Part shown: in pieces, positions 1-12,590 of the stretch
How the letters are laid out: each line of letters begins with the position of its first letter
Position numbering within the stretch: the first letter of the stretch is position 1
Assembly: GCA_964016885.1 (NCBI GenBank)
Contig: OZ024759.1
Location: forward strand, 19,158,001-19,222,000
Source of the DNA: Eledone cirrhosa
Lineage: Eukaryota
Direction of reading: 5' to 3'
DNA: 64,000 bases
Program-made: the position numbers and the translations under genes
The notes under the pieces: model-generated
What the model was told of the DNA's origin: nothing
Databases searched by the model: none
What the model saw: only the letters and a program-made list of their open reading frames with translations

Positions 1-1400
1 CTAAAGAGGATGTCCTCATCCTCGGGTTATCGATCCTCCCGCCGGCCAGCTGCTCCACCATTAGGTCCAGGCTCCAACGCTCAAGACGCTCACGAGAAGA
101 CTGGGCATGATTGACGCCCACCCAGCCCTCTTCTTGTTGAGGAACTCCTTTGCCATACCGAAGCTCCTTTATACATTTCGAAGCGCGCCTTGCTACAGCC
201 GCGCATCTCTCCTTGCTGACCTCGACACTTGTATCCGAACGACAGCTGTGGAGATATGCAACGTCAGTTTGATGACCATGGTTGGCAACAGGCCACCTTA
301 CCTGTTAGAAATGATGACCTTCGCCTCCAGTCGCCGATCTCGCTGGCTTTGCCGGCGTTTCTTTCGTCCGTAACCTCTTGCCGTGTCCTCATCAACAAGG
401 CTCTCCAAAACACAATTGTACTCACTGTGATCGAGGACCTTCAGGCTGCCTGCGAGACTTGGAACCGGCTCGGACATAACCCAGTAGACGTCCCTTCTCC
501 ATTTACGCCTGTTGGCGCCAAATCTCCCCCAGAGCATATGGGATGCCATCCAATGCACCCTAGCTTCAGACAGAATAGCGCGCCAGCTCCGCCTCGCATA
601 TTTTCGCTCGCCCTCGCAACCCCACAGCGGTGTCTGGCTCAATGCCTTACCCTCCTTTTATACTGGCACACAGCTGGACAATTATAGCCTGCGCATCGGC
701 GTTTCCCTGAGGCTCGGCCTCCGGATCTGTATGCCACACAAATGTCGCTGCGGATCCACCGTAGAGTCTTTCGGCTTCCACCCGCTTTCTTGTCGCTAGA
801 GTGCCGGCCACCTTCCACGCCATGCTGCTCTGAACGAGGTCATAAAGCATGGCTTCGATGCTGCAGGCTTCCCCTCCGAGCTCGAGCGGTGAGGCTGGAC
901 CGAGGGGACGGCAAAAGGCCTAATGTCATGACCATCTTCCCGCTTTGCGGTGGTAAACCCCTCGTTTGAGATGCCACATGCAGCGACACACTCCCCAGCG
1001 GCAACTTGGTGCAGTCTGCGACTAACCCAGGCTCTGCTGCACTTCGGGCTGAGAAGGGTAAACTCTCCAAATATCGGTCGCTCGCCGACAGGTTTGCAGT
1101 CGAGCCCTAAGCAGTGGAGACCTCGGGTGTCCTTGGCTCTAGGGCTACTTCCCTACTCATCCCCATAGGCGCAGAGCTGGCTAGCCACTGGTGTGAGCCT
1201 CACGAGCTGAAATGGCTCTTTCAGTCCATCTCCCTCACCATCCTCCTGGAAAACGCCTTTTCTATCCTGTCCGCTGGGGCCGTGGCGCGGCCAGCACAGG
1301 GGACCCAATTTGCTCATAATAGTGAGAGATAGGGAGGGCGGGAGAAACGGAGGCGATGACAGTGGGTGTTTGGTTCCTCTGTGCTCGGACCTGGTGTACA
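1..1400 (+). mobile_element. Decayed CRE-clade-like (RLE-bearing) non-LTR retrotransposon, 3' part
   Basis: Frameshifted translation shows post-RT region (ALFLLRNSFAIPKLLY), GxWLNALP, zinc knuckle CRCG..HPLSC, RH motif, restriction-like endonuclease DGKRP..DATCSDT and ETSGVLG; stops and frameshifts present. Confidence 0.85.
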
Positions 1401-1744
1401 TGTGTGTGTAATTTTACACTCTGTCTTAATCAAATTTAAATGTTTATAAATTAACGTTTAGACCGTTGAACAACACATTGATGACAAGCAATGAAGCTGT
1501 GATCAAGCAGTTTCTTTGCCAATTAATCAATTACCTCCCTTTCACCGTAATTTTATCGAATTGATTTTTTTTTTCTTATTATGAATGAATTTCATTCAAG
1601 TTCTAACACCATTACAAATTATTTATAATTCTTTCAGAATGAAAATATACACACAAATATAATATATAATATTTTATTACATAAATATAGCACATAATAT
1701 AAAAGCAAAACGAACGAAAATATTAATTCAACACTGTCAATCGT

Positions 1745-2380
1745 TCACACACCACAAGGAGTTCCGGAGCTTCCTAATACTTTTTGAGGTAGTGTTACCG
1801 GTGGTGATATTGATGCTAAGATACTGGAACAACCAAGTATCCTCTCAGGTACTCACCAAATACCTCGGTAAAGCGAGCCACCTATAATGACAAAAAATTC
1901 GTTGTCAGCGGCCCAGCTCTCCGAAATATCTCGAATGCTACAGGCTGGAACAAATAGCTTGCCGGTAAGTTCAGATATTTTAGAATTTTATTATATTCGG
2001 CTAACGAAGCAATGACCCTCAGATTTACCCCCAACATCCAGGATGTGGGAGGGAGCAAAAGTGTCACTGTCTGTAGGTAGCATCCCAAATGAGACATCTA
2101 CCTCTTACCCGGGAACAAAGTGTAAGACCATCTGGTCTCTTCCCATCAACTCTAGAGTCTAAACAATCCAGTCGACTTCAGAATTGAGGGGACATTTAAT
2201 TAAATTTAGCTCGGAGTGGCGAACGAAATGACCGGCATTCAAGCAGCACAATAAACCATGAAGATCTGTGGAGTCGAAGGGCCCTACCACAGTGACATTT
2301 CAGTCCTTCATAGACATCGGCTCCTACTCTTCAGTGCAATAGAGATTCGGAGCTCATCCAGACTGAGTATGCTACTCACA
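1745..2380 (-). mobile_element. Second, more diverged CRE-like RLE fragment
   Basis: Minus strand reads RVDGKRPDGLTL..GRCLIWDAT and YLFQPVAFE, the same RLE motifs as 1-1400. Confidence 0.75.
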
Positions 2381-2477
2381 GAAATTACCTAAAATGTTTC
2401 AAGTAATAAGCATCATCTCTTCAAATAGACATGTATTTTAAAATATATCTTCATTATTTAAGGCTTTTGCCTTAATT

Positions 2478-2570
2478 TTGCCTTTCATCCTTACGGGGTC
2501 GATAAAATAAAGTACCAGTAATGCACTGAGTAATTGCTGGCCTTGTGCCAAAAGTAGAAACAATTATTTA
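2478..2570 (+). mobile_element. tRNA-derived SINE, 3' part (Meta-like central domain)
   Basis: ttgcctttcatccttacggggtcgataaaataaagtaccag...gctggccttgtgccaaaagtagaaac, repeated many times in the window. Confidence 0.8.
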
Positions 2571-3289
2571 AGGCTTTTGCAAGCAGCCACTTCAGTATTT
2601 TTTCTGCTTTAACAAGTAAACGTTAAGTAAATGTTAGATTCTTGGCTGTGCGTTGTGTTCTTGAGAAAGACACTTTATTTCACATCATCCAATTTTGTCC
2701 TTCATTTTTTCTTTTTTCCCCCCCGCCTAATGTACTAGGCAAATTTGGCTGCTATTTCTAGCAATGAGCGAGATACGGCACGTTTATTTTTACTTTAATA
2801 TATTACCTACCGCATATTATTTTTTTTATTTATCTCTTTCATACTTTCTTTCTCTTACTCAAGGACATATAATGACGATATTGCCATTGTAAACTTAGTT
2901 CTTATTTTTGACGGTTAAGGAAAGATGTTTAAAAAATACCTTCGTTATTTATTTAAGTCATCCCCAAGCAGAACTTCAGCATTCTTCTGCTTTAACAAGT
3001 AGATGGAACAAATGTAAATTTTCATTACATTTACATCAGATAAAAATACATACATATAATCAATCAATTATCGCTAGGAACCTTATAAATATAAAAACAA
3101 AAAATATATACAATCAAAGCGAAAAAAAAAAAATCATGAATTCAACATTAAGTGTCAATCGATCACACACCACAAAGATCATCGGAACTTTTTAGACAAG
3201 TACTAATGTATAGATATCCGGGAATATCATTAAATATACATTTGCTCAACGGTTATTTATTTATTTATTTATTTATGCACTTTATTAGC

Positions 3290-4246
3290 GTTAGGACTTT
3301 AATTCAGTGAGTGCAGAATCGTTAGAAATATCACAGAACATTTTATCTGGCGCTCAAATGGTGAAATTTCTTTCAACTAACAGAAACGATGAGAAGTTAT
3401 AGTGTTGTTGGAAGCTCCGTCGGATTAAACAATGAATGTTTCAGGTGTTTAAACACCAAATCAGCCAACCCGTGAATTTAAAGTAGTTCTCAGCCACATT
3501 CACCTCATATTATACACTACTATCTTGGGAAAAGTCAGACACATTGGATGATGTAGTTCTGTATAGACTGTCTGAAAATTACGACTCATTTTTCCCCAAC
3601 TGGGTGGAGTGTAGCAACGGGAAATAGCGTATATTGACATTGTTTAATGTACATTGTTAGCCGTAGCCCTCTAACTTATTGTCTTCTCTGTTAGAAATAG
3701 CAGCTAATTCCACCTCAAATTACACCCTACGATCTTGAGAATGACAAAGACACATTGGGTGATGTAGTTCTGTATACGATATATCTGAAAACAATGTGGC
3801 TTGTTCACTATGGAAATAGGTTTTGCTTGTATATCCTCTTGGCTATACAACAGCTATTTATTATATATTTATTTCAATCGAACAACGAGTGAGGCATCTA
3901 TCTGGTCACTCAAATTGGAAGAAATAGCAGCCAAACCTTCCTCAAATTACACCTTATCGTCTGCAAATAAAAACAGTATATTAGAAAGCGTGGTTTTATA
4001 TATACGATGCCTAAAAATATAAAACAGATTTGATCATCACAACTGGAATGGTTTTAGCAATAGGTTTCCTTGACTGTCTCTTGTTTAGTTTTATTTATTA
4101 TTATTGTATTTTATTAATGTTAGGATGTAGATCTATATAAGATATGTCTGAAAATAAATTGGCTTGATTATCACTGAAATGTGTTATGTCGTATGTTAGT
4201 AAATAAATAGATAAATGGATAGATTTTCTCGATCGTTATTTAATTA

Positions 4247-4295
<49 letters not shown>

Positions 4296-6020
4296 CGTTA
4301 AAAATTAAACTCTGAGAATTGAAAGAAATATGGAAAAGCATTTCGTCCAATGCATTCAGTCGTAGTCATATAGTTGGTTATCTTCTCATCCAAAAATAGC
4401 AGATGATCATCTTGAGAAAAGTCAAGGACGCATTGGATGATGTCGTTCTGTATAGACTGTCTGAGAATTACAACTGTATAGATTATGTCTGAAAATTACA
4501 GCTCATTATTTCCCGACTGAGTGAAATAAAGTATACTATATCATTTAATCGTATGTTTCCCCAATAAGGACTGACCTGGTGTAAACAACATCTATCTATT
4601 GTATATGTATTTCTATCGGACAACGAGTGAGGCATCTATTTGATCACTCAAATTCGAAGAAATAGTAGCCAAACCCTCCTCAAATTACACCTTACATCTT
4701 AAAATAAAGAGAACGTTAGATAATTTTCTATATGTTTGTTTATGTTTGAAAAAATAAACAGGATTGTAACAGCTAGAATGTCTTCCATCATAGGTTTTTT
4801 CGAATTTTTATTGCATCTTATTTTATTTTATTTCATTTTACATTGGGACTAATTCAGAGTGTAGAAAACCGTAAAAAATATCGGGAAGTATTTTATCTGA
4901 TGTTCGTGGAAGATGGAGTTTCTTCTAAATGTCAGAAACGATGAGAAGTTATCCTGTTGTTGATATGGTATAGTCGTCGGTTCTGACAACCAATATTCCA
5001 GTTTTTTTAACAACAGAACAACCAACACACGAAATTAACGTACAAGTGGTTGAGGATCTCACATTCACGTGTACCAATAACTTAGTTCTCAGGGAGATTC
5101 ATCACATCATAGTGTGTGACAAAGAGATACTCTTTAACAGAGAGGCTCTTTGAGATACAGGTAAAACTCATTTTTTCTAGCGAAGCTAACTAGAGCAATG
5201 TGAAGTAAAGTGTCTTGCTCAAGGACACAACGCTACCACCGAGAATTAAGCATTATTAATTTGTTAAGACAAACGAATACTGAAGTATTTTTTTTTTGAA
5301 AAGAATAATAAGTAAGGAAGGCATTCTTTTTAACACATCTTTCCTAGGACCAAGCGATCTTATATGAAAACTGATAACTTCCCTTGATTATATCATTAGT
5401 TGACGACAATGTCCACAATCGTATAGCAGGTTGTCATCTCTGTTAGAAACAACAGCCAGCTTTACCTTACATTAAACACTATGACGTTGAGAAAAATCAA
5501 GGACTCGTTGAATAATGTAGATCTGTATATGCTACATCTGAAAAAAAAAAAAAAAGGTGGCTTGGCCATCACTGACATGTTTTATAACGTATGTCTCCTC
5601 ATTCACGACTGACCTGGGATTAAACAACAGCTATCTATTGTATATGTATTTCTATCGAACGACGATGGAGATATCTACCTTATCACCCAAATATGAAGAA
5701 ATAGCAGACAAACCCTATCTGGAATGTCTTTCATCACAAGTTTCCTCGTAAGTTAATTTTTATATATTTATTTTTTAGTTATTCTTCTTTTCTGTTGAGA
5801 TTTGTACACAGGTCAAAGAGAGCCTAAAACAATAAGATAAATGTTTTTGTCCGACGTTTTAAAGTTTGAATTCCTTTTGCCTGTCAGTAAAAAGAAAATG
5901 TTATCCTGTTGTTGTTCTTGGATCTCCGTCGGTTCGGACAACGAATGTTGCAATTATTTGAAGAACGACATAACCAACTCGTAAAATTAACATGTAAGTG
6001 TCTTAGCATTCTATAGACAT
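3290..6020. repeat. Old duplicated blocks of decayed SINE-like sequence
   Basis: Block aacagctat..tatttctatcgaac..gaagaaatagcag..aaacc recurs near 3850, 4590 and 5630; cagaaacgatgagaagttat recurs near 3380 and 4930. Confidence 0.5.
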
Positions 6021-6409
6021 ATATACAGTGCTGGACTTACTTAGAAGCTGAGGTTGGGTGAGGCAAAGTTGGTCATTTTTCAGCATTTTTTTTGGTGGGG
6101 GTATCAAAACCACATAGCCTGAGATGTTTTTGTTTTTATTTCATGTTTATTGTATTTCATATACATTTCAATATACATACATATATTTTATTACAGTTGT
6201 ATACATTTACAGTAGAATAACCTTGCAAATATGTTTTAAATATATACATAAATAACATAACAAATATAAAATCATGAAAGAAAGAAGAAAAAAAAGGGGC
6301 TGGGCAATTCAATATTGGTTAGTGAAACCCAAACAGTTAAATGGCCAGTTCTGAAGGCATTGGCAGGTTTTGGTATGTGTTTAATTGGGTATCAGTTTTC
6401 TATTTTTGT

Positions 6410-7215
6410 AAATTCTGGTGGTACAAAATTGGTCATGTTCTGTAATAAAAGAGTTTATCAAAAGTTTGAACTTATTCTTCACAGCAGACTGCTAAAAAAA
6501 CATCAATGTGAAAAGAAGGGTGAAACATAAATTCTGGTGCGACAGAGTGGGTGATGTTCTGTAATAGAAGATTTTAACAAAAGTTTGACCTTGTTCTTCA
6601 AAGCATACTACCAGAAAACCATCAATGTTAAAAGAAAAAGGGTGAAACATGAATTCTGGTGAGGCAAAATGGGTGATGTTCAGTAATAGAAGAGTTTAAC
6701 AAAAGTTTGAGCTTCTTCTTCACAGCAGACTGCTGAAAGGAACATCAATGTTAAAAAAAAGGTGTAAAACATAAATTCTGGTGGGACAAAATTGGTGAAT
6801 TCTGTAATAGAAGAGTTTATCAAAGGTTTGGGCTTATTCTTCACAGCAGACTACCAGAAAACCAATCAATGTTAAAAGAAGAAGGATGAAATATAAATTC
6901 TGGAAGAGTTTAACATAAGTTTGAGCTTGTTCTTCACAGCATTCTGCTAAAAAAAACCATCAATGTTAAAAGAAGGGTAAAACAAATTGTGGTGGGGCAA
7001 AATTGGTCATGTTCAGTAATAGAAGAGTTTAACATAAGTTTGAGCTTGTTCTTCACTGCAGACTACCAAAAATCCATTAATATTAAAAGAAAAAGGGTGA
7101 AACATAAATTCTGGTGGGGCAAAATGGGTGATGTTCTAAAATAGAAGAGTTTGACAAAAGTTTGAACTTGTTCTTCACAGCAGAAAGCCATCAATGTTAA
7201 AGAAGAAGGGTGAAA
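6410..7215. repeat. About 120-bp tandem repeat (about 7 diverged units) in the transposon 3' region
   Basis: Unit aattctggtgg..aaaattggt..atgttctgtaatagaagagttt..cttcacagcagact..catcaatgttaaaag recurs. Confidence 0.85.
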
Positions 7216-7868
7216 CAATGGTAAAACACAGTTTGATGTAGAATAACAATCATCATCAATCATATATTTAGTATCATGGCAACATTGAAAAAATATTTCT
7301 TGAAATCAGACAATGTTTATGCTAAGTTGGAGCAAAAAAATTCGTTATCAAGTTCTATATTATTGCGAACACATTTTGGGCAATGTTTAAGAATCACAAA
7401 TGTCACACATCAACCACAGATCCTTCTTTCTACCCTTGTATTCATGCTATAAACAACTACATTTTTTGACATTACATTTCATCATTTTCTTCATCATTAT
7501 TTTCATCATCAGGTTCCTCTTCAAACAACTCTGTTGATGGTCCTGGGGTTAAAACTTTCTTTTTGTACTTTTTTGCTTTTTTTTTTTATTCTTCTGCTTC
7601 TTTTCTCAATTTTTTTGCTACTTCAGGTGTTGTCAACATCTCTCCTTGCCTGAACTGGACTCGCTTTTGTTGCTTCTTTGAGTGTTTCAAGGCTCCTTCT
7701 GTACCTGTAGTGGGTTTTTGATCAATTGCATTCATGATGGCCAAGTGAAGATTTTTATATCATGATGGTTCTGCTTGTGGGGGCCTGTTTCCTTCATCAC
7801 TGTTTCCATTATCAGTTAGTTTTCATCTACCTGCCACAAACCTGCACCACAAAAACCACTCACTAGAT

Positions 7869-8160
7869 CAGAGGTCTCTCTCTCTCCAACTTTTTTTATA
7901 CCACAAACAATCTTTCTGCAGACCAATAGTTGCACATAAGTGTTATTTAAGTGCATTTCTATACAAAGAGCAATAATAGAAAAAAGGAATTTATTAAAGA
8001 AGATGAATATTGAATATTTAAACAAATCTTTTTAAATTATAGTCCAATATTCAATTTATCTATTATATAATTTTAAACAAGTTAATTATTTCTTTGCGGC
8101 TCAATAGCAAATGATCCATGGATCGGTACAAGTCCGCAGCCTGGTGGTTGGGGACCTCTG
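7869..8160. mobile_element. hAT-type MITE nested in the pogo transposase
   Basis: 8-bp TSD cactagat at 7861-7868 and 8161-8168; termini cagaggtc.../...gacctctg. Confidence 0.85.
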
Positions 8161-8297
8161 CACTAGATAATCCTTATTGTCTTTTGCCATCAATTGCTTG
8201 AGTAGAGATGGAAAGATAGCCTTGTCAGCAGAATTTATTCAGGTTTCTCTAAAGAATCTTAGGAGGATTTTCAGCAAATGTGTTTTCAATGGCTTAA

Positions 8298-8518
8298 CCC
8301 TTTAGCATTTAAACCGGTCATAGCTGATCAGAATTCTCTCACCTCTTTCTGTTCAAACCGACCATAACCAGCCACTCATACTGATGTTAAGTTGTTCTTC
8401 TCAAAATAATTATCATCAAAATCTCATAGATTTGATATTATGTGAGATGATAATGTGAAGTAAAGTGTTTACCATGAAAATACAATAATATATATAGAGT
8501 AATGTAAATGTTAAAGGG
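8298..8518. mobile_element. TTAA-specific (piggyBac-like) MITE nested in the pogo transposase
   Basis: TTAA at 8294-8297 and 8519-8522; TIRs ccctttagcattta / taaatgttaaaggg; removal restores VGLFKPLK. Confidence 0.88.
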
Positions 8519-9138
8519 TTAAAAAGGCCAACATCTAATGGTTGAAAGGCATGGCTCATATGTGGTGGTAATGCAATGATATCAACTTCATTTTCCAGGG
8601 CACACGCAACTGTTTTGTAGATCCAATGTGATCCATGGCCATCATAGAGTAGTACAGCAGGCTTCCTTAAGTTGCTTTCATTTACATGGTTGATAAAGAC
8701 AGTACAAAACTAATTTTCAAAAACTGTGTCTTCCATCCAGCTACTAGGGCTGCAAGTATAAAATGCGATTTCAGGGCCATTTTCTGTCCAAGTGCTATAC
8801 ATGATTTTTCCTTCATACACGACAAGAAGGCCAAGGAATGAACCATCTGGTGGCTGAAGTGTAAAAGAACAAGCAAGTGTTTTTGCTTTGCTTTATAGAA
8901 TTTGATTATGTGATGCACTGCAATGGCTTCACTTGCTCCAAAAGCATGTGTGTTTGGAGATTTTTAAAGATATCTGAAAGTGGCCCATTATGTCCCACAT
9001 AGCTTAGAGCCACACAACCTTGAGTGGGTGAGGGGCGCAGCTCATTAAAAAAAAAATATTTTTATTTTATCATTTGTTTTTTATTATTTAATACAAAATC
9101 ATCGAAAATTCTCTCTCTCTCATATTATATATATATAG

Positions 9139-9248
9139 AGTTCAAATCTCGCCGAGGTTCACTTGGCCTTTCATCCTTACGGGGTCGATAAAATAAAGTA
9201 CCAGTAATGTACTGGGTAATTTGCTGGCCTTGTGCCAAAAGTAGAAAC

Positions 9249-9252
<4 letters not shown>
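9139..9252 (+). mobile_element. tRNA-derived SINE (Meta-like), 5'-truncated
   Basis: B-box gagttcaaatc followed by the shared SINE body. Confidence 0.8.
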
Positions 9253-9279
<27 letters not shown>

Positions 9280-9604
9280 GCGTAGTAAAAGTTTGGTAGA
9301 AATATCCAAGTGTAAGAGCACTCAGTCCATAGGATGAGTTTAGTATAAACTAGCAGAATGGCCCGGCGTTGCTCGGGATTCTAAACATAGATTGGTATGT
9401 TTATCCCTCCTTTCTGAAACAGTACAGAGAAGTACGGAATACTTCGGCTTTGGGATGGTGTCTACATTTTGTGCTTATCAAAAAAATTCGTCGTAGATTA
9501 CCAGGGTTTTTTCCGTGCTAAGAAAATCAATAATTTATCGCGAAATAAATACTTTTGTTTATATTTTGTTATTGTGTATGCAAAAATATCTGTACACGAA
9601 TATA

Positions 9605-9641
<37 letters not shown>

Positions 9642-9870
9642 CGTTTCTGAATTTGTTTAGCAAGATTCTTTATCTGAAATCGTGTGTTGAAACCGATATT
9701 GTTATACTTTGGGAGGGTCATGTTGCCAATAAGAAACACACGCACCAGTTGCTTTCACTTCAATTTATTATATATTTATAAATTCATAAATTTACAAATC
9801 TACAAACTTATAAATTATAAATTTCTGGTTGGTTGGTTGGTTCCACAACCAGATAGTTGTTTATATATAT

Positions 9871-9915
9871 AGTCATAGTCCTTTCGTCACACACTCTGTG
9901 ACCTCTTCAGTGACT
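9871..9915 (-). ncRNA. Type-I hammerhead ribozyme, family A (inverted copy)
   Basis: Reverse complement of 10044-10088. Confidence 0.8.
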
Positions 9916-10043
9916 GGGGATTCCTTTCTTCGTTTCTGTGCCTTTTCTTTCTTCTATACTACGCCATTTTGTTTCTAGGATTTGAAACAAAATGGCGTAG
10001 GATAGAAGAAAGAAAAGGCACAGAAACGAAGAAAGGAATCCCC

Positions 10044-10088
10044 AGTCACTGAAGAGGTCACAGAGTGTGTGACGAAAGGACTATGACT
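10044..10088 (+). ncRNA. Type-I hammerhead ribozyme, family A
   Basis: AGTCA-CTGAAGA-G-GTCACA(gagtg)TGTGAC-GAAA-G(ga)C-TA-TGACT: stems I and II pair, minimal stem III, CUA site. Confidence 0.8.
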
Positions 10089-10255
10089 ATATATATAAAC
10101 AACTATCTGGTTGTGGAACCAACCAACCAACCAGAAATTTATAATTTATAAGTTTGTAGATTTGTAAATTTATGAATTTATAAATATATAATAAATTGAA
10201 GTGAAAGCAACTGGTGCGTGTGTTTCTTATTGGCAACATGACCCTCCCAAAGTAT

Positions 10256-10303
<48 letters not shown>

Positions 10304-10379
10304 AGAACAAAAGATGGTTAAAAGAGTTCCATGTATTTTATTATGCGCATTTCAAAAATATATATATATATATGTATAT

Positions 10380-10730
10380 ATGTATACGTACATACATATA
10401 TGTATACAGACACACAGTAGTATGTATATATATACACAGTAGTATGTATATATATACATGCACACATATATATATATGTACGTACGGATTTACCGAACAT
10501 TTATTATAAGCTTGAAACTAATACATCGTTCCTTTGTCAATGTTGAACAAAAGGGCAACGATGGTTGCTAAACACTGTACGGCTTAATTCGGGATGTTTG
10601 TTTACAAACAAACCGAGCATTATAATAAATGTTCGGTAAATCCGTCGTACATATATATATATGTGTGCATCTATGTATATATATATATATATACATACTA
10701 CTGTATACATATATGTATGTACGTATACAT
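10380..10730. repeat. Inverted repeat or foldback with structured spacer
   Basis: acggatttaccgaacatttattataa (about 10484-10509) is inverted at about 10620-10645, and the symmetry extends into the flanking TA/TG repeats. Confidence 0.75.
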
Positions 10731-10789
10731 ACTTATATTTAAGTAACAGCTGTATTAAGAGTGAGAAATGAAATTTCGTTTCATTTTTT

Positions 10790-10827
<38 letters not shown>

Positions 10828-10843
10828 TAAAATAACAGATTAA

Positions 10844-10894
10844 AGTTTAAGCAAAGAATCGCTGCTTTCACCCTTAACGGGATCTTCTGAAACT
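10844..10894 (-). ncRNA. Hammerhead ribozyme variant, family B (CAGAAGA core)
   Basis: AGTTT-CAGAAGA-TCCC(gttaa)GGGT-GAAA-GCA(gcgattctt)TGC-TT-AAACT; all three stems pair. Confidence 0.7.
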
Positions 10895-11219
10895 AAAAAA
10901 ATCAATATACATAATGCAGACAGCCAGACATACAGACAGATATTATAAGGGTGCAACGTTATTTCTATGTATCTATCTAAAAAGAAAGACTAAGAATTAT
11001 AGAGAGAGATCGCTAAATCGCCTAATGCGGTCCGTATGGCATTGAAAATCTGAAATATATTTTGCTCAAAACACTCACAGGACCATAAGTATTACATGTG
11101 TAAAGTTTGAAAACAATCGGTTGGGTGGTTCTCGAGTTTTAGGGAGTCAGGCAGACAAACAGACAGACAGACATTCTCTGATTTAGATATATCGATAGTT
11201 ACAACAGTAACATTTACAG

Positions 11220-11465
11220 GTACTTAAGTTTCGTTGGGTTCTGGATCCCAACTCATTCAGCCTGTCATGATTTTCTTATGGCAGGCTGAATGAGTTGGGG
11301 TCCAGAACCCAATAAAACTTAAATACGTTAAGGGGAGACTGGTATGCATGGGCGACTGCTGGTCTTCCACAAACAACCTTGCCCGGACTTGTGCCTCGGA
11401 GAGGTAATTTCTAGGTGCAAATCCCAGGATCATTTGTGACCGAAGGGGGTCTTTACCCCTTATGG
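11220..11465 (+). mobile_element. SINE-like 3' part with an upstream hairpin of about 48-bp arms
   Basis: ttgggttctggatcccaactcattcagcctg / caggctgaatgagttggggtccagaacccaa, followed by a tail ending gaagggggtctttacccctta. Confidence 0.55.
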
Positions 11466-12289
11466 TCCTGTAACTATTAAGGGAGTCGTAGGGGCACCAT
11501 ATTGACATATGGTGTTTCTAGGGTATTTGTTTTTAAACCTGGCATAGCCCATCTCCTCTCCAGACCTGAATACAGCAGATTTCTTCCAGAGAGTGAAAGA
11601 GGGGAAGGGAGAAAGAGACATAGACAAATAATCGACCCCAGTACGTGACTGGTACTTTTCTTATCGACCGTGAATGGATGGCAAGTAAAATTGTGTTTTA
11701 TCCTCAGGCCCCTGTTGAGGCACCGCTCAGACTGGGGTGTAGTGGCTTCTCCCCCCCCCCCCCCCTTCTCCCTTTCTTTCACAGCTTGATCATTTTTTCT
11801 TTTTCTTCTTTTCTCGTCTTCCTTTTCTATAATCTTTAGCAATAGGTTAAATTATACATTATGTCTCAGCAAAAAAAAAAAAAAAAAAATGACCAGACCA
11901 TCGCAGTCTTTTGAACATTGATTTTCTTGACAGTTATATATTTATTTATGTATTCATATTTCTTTTATGTTAAGAATTAAAATCAGTGTGTGTACAGAAC
12001 CGAAAGGAATACCATAAACCATTTGTCTGACGTTTTAATGGCGTAATTTCTTTCCACTCTCAGATATGATGTGAAGTTAATGTGTTGTTGTTGATGTTGT
12101 TGTTTGGGGCAGACGTCTCTTTCCGAAAGGAATGCTCCAGTCGTTTGAACAACTGAATGGCCAACACGTGCAATTAACGTGCAAGTGGCTGAGCATTCCG
12201 CAGACACGTGCACCATTAACGTAATTCTCAGGGAGATTCAACATGACACTGTTATGAGTTATGTCAAGAATTAGCTCTTTGAGTTACAA

Positions 12290-12393
12290 GGTAAAATATT
12301 TCGGATGCGAAAAATAGTTTCGGTTTACGAATATTTCGGATGACGAACGGCCTTCAGAAACTAATTAAAAACATTAACCGAGGTTCCATTGTA
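12290..12393. mobile_element. Tc1/mariner (Tigger-like) terminal fragment
   Basis: Ends aaccgaggttccattg|ta, resembling a CAGTGGAACCTCGGTT-type TIR with TA; the other end was not found. Confidence 0.4.
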
Positions 12394-12590
12394 TAAGGTG
12401 AATTTGACTGCTATTTCTAGCGGGGAGAGCTATCAGTTAGATACCGCACTGACGTCCTATTCTTTCTTTCTCAGCGATTCCCACCGCGGGGCGCATGCCG
12501 CACGGGGTGAGGGTGGGGGGGGGGGTGAAAATGATGTTAATGAGAACAAACTTGAGATTTTACTTTATTACTTTTGCACCAAAGCAACTT

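Larger units (their letters stand above)
6056..9000 (-). mobile_element. Decayed pogo/Fot1-like (DDE_1) DNA transposon
   Basis: Minus strand 8520-8745 encodes GWMEDTVFEN*F..KPAVLLYDGHGSH..DIIALPPHMSHAFQPLDVGLF. It continues KPLK..LVSGFCGAGL once two MITEs are removed, with an acidic tract and WLMCDIC Zn-finger-like C-terminus near 7400. Element ends are uncertain. Confidence 0.8.
9640..10263. mobile_element. PLE pseudo-LTR foldback: 280-bp-arm palindrome in (TA)n (family A)
   Basis: Arms 9696-9975 and 9984-10263 are near-perfect inverted copies; end motif atgaccctcccaaagtataacaat matches the 3' end of the PLE at about 36670-36695. Confidence 0.85.
9350..11195 (-). mobile_element. Probable non-autonomous Helitron containing TA arrays and pLTR insertions
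   Basis: Minus-strand 3' end is hairpin cccgagcaacgccggg, then 9 nt, then CTAG|T at 9350. The 5' end A|TC at 11195 is followed by (tgtc)n and aaccgatt..tcaaacttt, typical of animal non-autonomous Helitrons. That both ends belong to one copy is inferred. Confidence 0.6.

Noticed and set aside
2290-2340. Minus-strand CTGAAGA...GAAATGTC hammerhead-like string
   Set aside because: Lies in CRE coding sequence; stems I and II do not pair.
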